NCBI RefSeq assembly: GCF_000039765.1
Contig: NC_004459.3
Coordinates: 1,620,001 to 1,652,000, forward strand
DNA: 32,000 nucleotides
Origin: Vibrio vulnificus CMCP6
Lineage (GTDB): Bacteria; Pseudomonadota; Gammaproteobacteria; Enterobacterales; Vibrionaceae
Reading direction: 5' to 3'
Below are positions 29,035 to 32,000 of this stretch, piece after piece (the stretch's first letter is position 1; every line of letters starts with the position of its first letter). The notes beneath the pieces are model-generated. The model did not search any database and was not told the DNA's origin. It saw only the letters and a list, made by a program, of their open reading frames with translations. The position numbers and the translations under genes are program-made.

Positions 29035-30708
29035 TTATTTAACTGGTTTTAGGTCCAGTACGTGTAGTAGACGCTCTGGGATGCCTGCCCAAATGTTTGG
29101 ACGGCCCTTCGGATTTTCTTCTGTCCACCAACCAGTGAAGCGCTTGGTGTTGTATTGGTACATGTAAGCACCAGACATTACAGGGATAGTAACTTGATCC
29201 GCTGCGATGATTTGCTGGATGCCATGAGCAATGGATAGCTGCTCTTTCTTGTCAGCCGTTTTGTAGAAGCTGTCAAGTAGGTTGTCCAGTTTGTCATTGG
29301 TGTAGAAGTGCATCGCGAAGCGTGGCATGCCTTCACCTTTCTGTAGTGCAGAGTTGTATGCACTGTTCCAGTATAGGTGTGGATCCGCACCGTGGAAGTA
29401 GTTGGTGTACGCCACGTCGTAAGTACCATCAAGCATTGCTTGGTTGTACACTGCGAACTCAGGAGTACGAGCACGTGCTTTAATCCCTACTTCAGCAAGC
29501 TGCTCAACCGCTAGTTGAACTGTGTTGTTGAAGTCAGTCCAACCGTTTGGAGATTGGATGAGTAGCTCAAATGGTTTGCCAGATGGAGTATCAACGAAAC
29601 CGTCTTTGTTCACATCTTTAAAGCCAGCTTTCGCTAGAAGCTTCTTCGCGCCTTCAACGTTGTAGGTGTTGTAGCCTTTGTACTTGTTGTGAGTCTTTTC
29701 GTCAGACCACGCTTCGAATGCATAGCCAAGGCCAGATGCGAAGTCGTTCACTGTACCACCACCGTAGAATGCGATGTCGATGATAGTTTGACGGTCAAGA
29801 GCCATTGAGAATGCACGACGGAAATCAACGTTAGTCAGAGCTTCGTTCTTCGCTGCATCTGGGTTCTTGAAGTTCACAACGAACGCTTGAGTACCTGATG
29901 GTGGGTACCAGTACTGATGGTTAGGGCTCGCTGCTGCGTAAGTACGGTCAATATCTGGAATGAAAGAAGAGGTCCAGTCTAGCTCAGAGTTAACGATTTT
30001 ACCCAATAGCTGGTCGTTGTTTGCGATCTGAGGTACACGCAGACAGTCAACTTCTAGGTTCGCAGAATCCCAGTAGTTAGGGTTACGACACTGAATGTAT
30101 AGCTGAGGAGTGAAGGTGTCGATAACCGTAAATGGACCAGTACCTACAGGGTTTTCGTTCGTGAATGTTGTTGGATCTTTCACTTCTTTCCATACGTGCT
30201 CAGCAACGATAGGAACAAGAGAAATTTCGTAAGGTACGTTTGAGTTAGCTTCGCTTAGACGGAAACGAACTTGGTAGTCATTCAGTTTCTCTACGCTAGT
30301 TACCCACTTGTTGATACCACGTTGGTCAAGTTCTGGTTTGTTCTTAAGTAGAGCATAAGAGAACACAACGTCGTCAGCATTGAATGCTTGACCGTCAGAC
30401 CATTTAACACCTTTACGGATGTCAAACGTTACGCTCATTAGGTCATCAGACATGCGGAAGTCTTCAGCAAGACGCATAACTGGCGTGTTGCCGTGCATCT
30501 CATTGAAAACAACTAGTGGCTCATAGATGAAGTCCGTTGTTGTGCGAAGGTTAGTCGCCAAGTACGGGTTAAAGTTACGTACCATTGTAGGGTAAAAATC
30601 AGGTACGATGGTCAGCTCACTACGAGCTGCCGCTGGTGCTGAAATGCTGGTCGCTGCTGCGGCGATAACTGCAGTTGCTAGAGCTGTCTTTTTAATATTG
30701 GCAAGCAT
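29035..30708 (-). CDS. cbp: Periplasmic chitin-oligosaccharide-binding protein (SBP family 5)
   Basis: 557 aa with signal peptide (MLANIKKTALATAVIAAAATSISAPAAA). Family 5 SBP features (MRLAEDFRMSDDLMSVTFDIRKGVKWSDGQAFNADDVVFS). First gene of the chitin operon, with SD AAGGA. Confidence 0.92.
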   Translation of the reverse strand: MLANIKKTALATAVIAAAATSISAPAAARSELTIVPDFYPTMVRNFNPYLATNLRTTTDFIYEPLVVFNEMHGNTPVMRLAEDFRMSDDLMSVTFDIRKGVKWSDGQAFNADDVVFSYALLKNKPELDQRGINKWVTSVEKLNDYQVRFRLSEANSNVPYEISLVPIVAEHVWKEVKDPTTFTNENPVGTGPFTVIDTFTPQLYIQCRNPNYWDSANLEVDCLRVPQIANNDQLLGKIVNSELDWTSSFIPDIDRTYAAASPNHQYWYPPSGTQAFVVNFKNPDAAKNEALTNVDFRRAFSMALDRQTIIDIAFYGGGTVNDFASGLGYAFEAWSDEKTHNKYKGYNTYNVEGAKKLLAKAGFKDVNKDGFVDTPSGKPFELLIQSPNGWTDFNNTVQLAVEQLAEVGIKARARTPEFAVYNQAMLDGTYDVAYTNYFHGADPHLYWNSAYNSALQKGEGMPRFAMHFYTNDKLDNLLDSFYKTADKKEQLSIAHGIQQIIAADQVTIPVMSGAYMYQYNTKRFTGWWTEENPKGRPNIWAGIPERLLHVLDLKPVK

Positions 30709-30871
30709 AGCTGTTCCTTACTATTTTGCTTTCATTTCACAATGTTTGGAATGTCATCAATTGATAAACACTCTCCAAGACCTACCTCTGATAATCATTT
30801 ACCAAAGTGGCCTGTAGGCCTTAGGCAAGGCTAAGAAAACACCTTAGCGAGAAAATAATCAAATAGCATTC

Positions 30872-30914
30872 CCGTTAAAAACGTTAAAACTCCTAACAAC
30901 TCCGTTATAAACGT
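30872..30914. repeat. Pair of dyad-symmetric direct repeats, CCGTTA(A/T)AAACGT, 30 bp apart
   Basis: CCGTTAAAAACGT at 30872-30884 and CCGTTATAAACGT at 30902-30914, 12/13 identical. Each has the core CGTT-N3-AACG. Confidence 0.7.
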
Positions 30915-30998
30915 CATTTTTTTTATCTGAGTTGGTTTTTTGAGCAAAAAATGGACATTGATGTGTGTCGCATTGTTCTTAATGTAGGTAGGTGTCTG

Positions 30999-31016
30999 TT
31001 AGTGGTTACTTACCTC
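30999..31016. promoter_or_regulatory. Candidate SlmA-like binding site
   Basis: TTAGTGGTTACTTACCTC against the E. coli SlmA consensus TTAGTGAGTACTCACTAA, about 12/18 with a perfect left half. Confidence 0.35.
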
Positions 31017-31124
31017 TCTGGCTCTTTGTACTATAGATATTAGGCTTCTGGTTCTAAATGAGGATCTCGCTCACACAGCAAAATGACGTTAATTAATCGA
31101 CAAAAATTTAATCTGCCGTTCTGT

Positions 31125-31140
31125 TGTGATTGATCTCGCA
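31125..31140. promoter_or_regulatory. Candidate CRP-cAMP site upstream of the chitin operon
   Basis: TGTGATTGATCTCGCA against TGTGA-N6-TCACA, 9/10 at the specified positions. Confidence 0.5.
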
Positions 31141-31594
31141 ATATGGTTTAAAAGTCCCCACTTTAGGCGAGAGTAATGGTTTGTACGATGAAAAAATGGC
31201 ATTTTTTTCGCACTGAGTGATGGTTATTTTTAACTGAGAATAAAGTGCGTATTGGGCATATCTGCGTGGTTTTTATTCGCACATCATTAGCGGTGTTTAC
31301 CACTTCATTTCTGCAGCGAAGGGGACAAGCAAAGGCAAAACATAACGCGCAGGTATCCCGCCTATATGGATGTGAGAGCGGTTTACCCTGCAATAACCGT
31401 AGGCGAGCAAGCGTTTCCTATAATCGTAAAGACATCCCCTAGCGCGTTTGCGCTTTAAGAGTAGTAGAGAGGCTCGAAATATCGTCAAGGACGTGTTGCG
31501 CTGTCTGATGACGGTAGAGCATGCTCATCAACACTGGAGTTGATATTGCTTGTTCTGAGGGGAAGTACGCAACTATCTGAAAGTTGGGCAAATG

Positions 31595-31622
31595 AAAAGC
31601 CCGACTCTTTCGAATCGGGCTG
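31595..31622 (-). terminator. Rho-independent terminator after the chiS-like gene
   Basis: Plus strand AAAAGCCCGACTCTTTCGAATCGGGCT. On the minus strand this is a 7-bp GC stem followed by TTTT, downstream of the stop at 31649. Confidence 0.75.
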
Positions 31623-31648
31623 AAGTTAACGATAGACGCCCAACATTA

Positions 31649-32000
31649 TTAGCTGGTGAGCAGGCGTTGTAATTTATCTCGCTGCATCTCAATGTAAGTA
31701 CGCTCAGGACTTTGCTCTTTACAGTGCTCCAGAATGTACTCAATAGAACTCAACACGGTTCTCCAACGCGGCGTTTTTGGCAAGGTTTCAATTCGCATGT
31801 ATTTATCAAGTGTGCGAGTTTGTAGCGTGCTGCGGTCGAGATAAACACGCCATAAACCACTTTGTTCAGCAAAGGTAAATTTGTTTTCACCTGTCACTGA
31901 CTCCCAATAATCGAGTGCATGCGTCATCAAATCCACGAGGACTTCACGCATCAGCTCTTGCTTATTCTTATTGGTACCCAGCGCTTTGTCGGCCAGGCGA
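31649..32000 (-). CDS. chiS: C-terminal part of a ChiS-like hybrid sensor kinase (C-terminal DNA-binding domain); 5' end outside window
   Basis: Frame is open past the track's Met to the window edge (RLADKALGTNKNKQELMREVLVDLMTHALDYWESVTGENKFTFAEQSGLWRVYLDRSTLQTRTLDKYMRIETLPKTPRWRTVLSSIEYILEHC). Resembles the C-terminal domain of gammaproteobacterial sensor kinases and lies next to cbp as chiS does in Vibrio. Confidence 0.65.
   Translation of the reverse strand, partial: RLADKALGTNKNKQELMREVLVDLMTHALDYWESVTGENKFTFAEQSGLWRVYLDRSTLQTRTLDKYMRIETLPKTPRWRTVLSSIEYILEHCKEQSPERTYIEMQRDKLQRLLTS

Noticed and set aside
31163-31488. Small overlapping ORFs (31163-31393 -, 31245-31442 +, 31297-31488 -) in the chiS-cbp gap
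   Set aside because: Mutually overlapping, with no SD and unusual composition. None is preferable to non-coding DNA without expression data.

Overview
This is a chromosomal window from a Vibrio-like gammaproteobacterium, inferred from gene content and order. I see no prophage, IS element, CRISPR array, rRNA or tRNA. In order it contains: (1) the 3' end of mrcB (PBP1B); (2) a patatin/POTRA/beta-barrel fusion resembling a type Vd autotransporter; (3) acnB, with a GTG start overlapped by a tiny SD-preceded ORF; (4) a D-glycerate module on the minus strand (glycerate kinase, GntP-family permease, CdaR-type regulator) lying between acnB and yacL; (5) glnK-amtB, with a near-consensus sigma-54 promoter and a palindrome that looks like both a terminator and an NtrC site; (6) fbpABC ferric iron transport behind a Fur box; (7) a roughly 14.5 kb chitin-oligosaccharide operon on the minus strand (solute-binding protein, dipeptide/chitobiose-type ABC transporter, GH9, glucosamine/GlcNAc kinase, GH20, GH94 chitobiose phosphorylase, phosphohexomutase); (8) the 3' end of an ORF that looks like the C-terminal DNA-binding domain of the ChiS hybrid sensor kinase. 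The most interesting unexplained signal is in the ~940 bp gap between chiS and the chitin operon. It has two copies of the dyad CCGTTA(A/T)AAACGT exactly 30 bp apart, plus SlmA-like and CRP-like sites. Most of the window is otherwise a known Vibrio arrangement.
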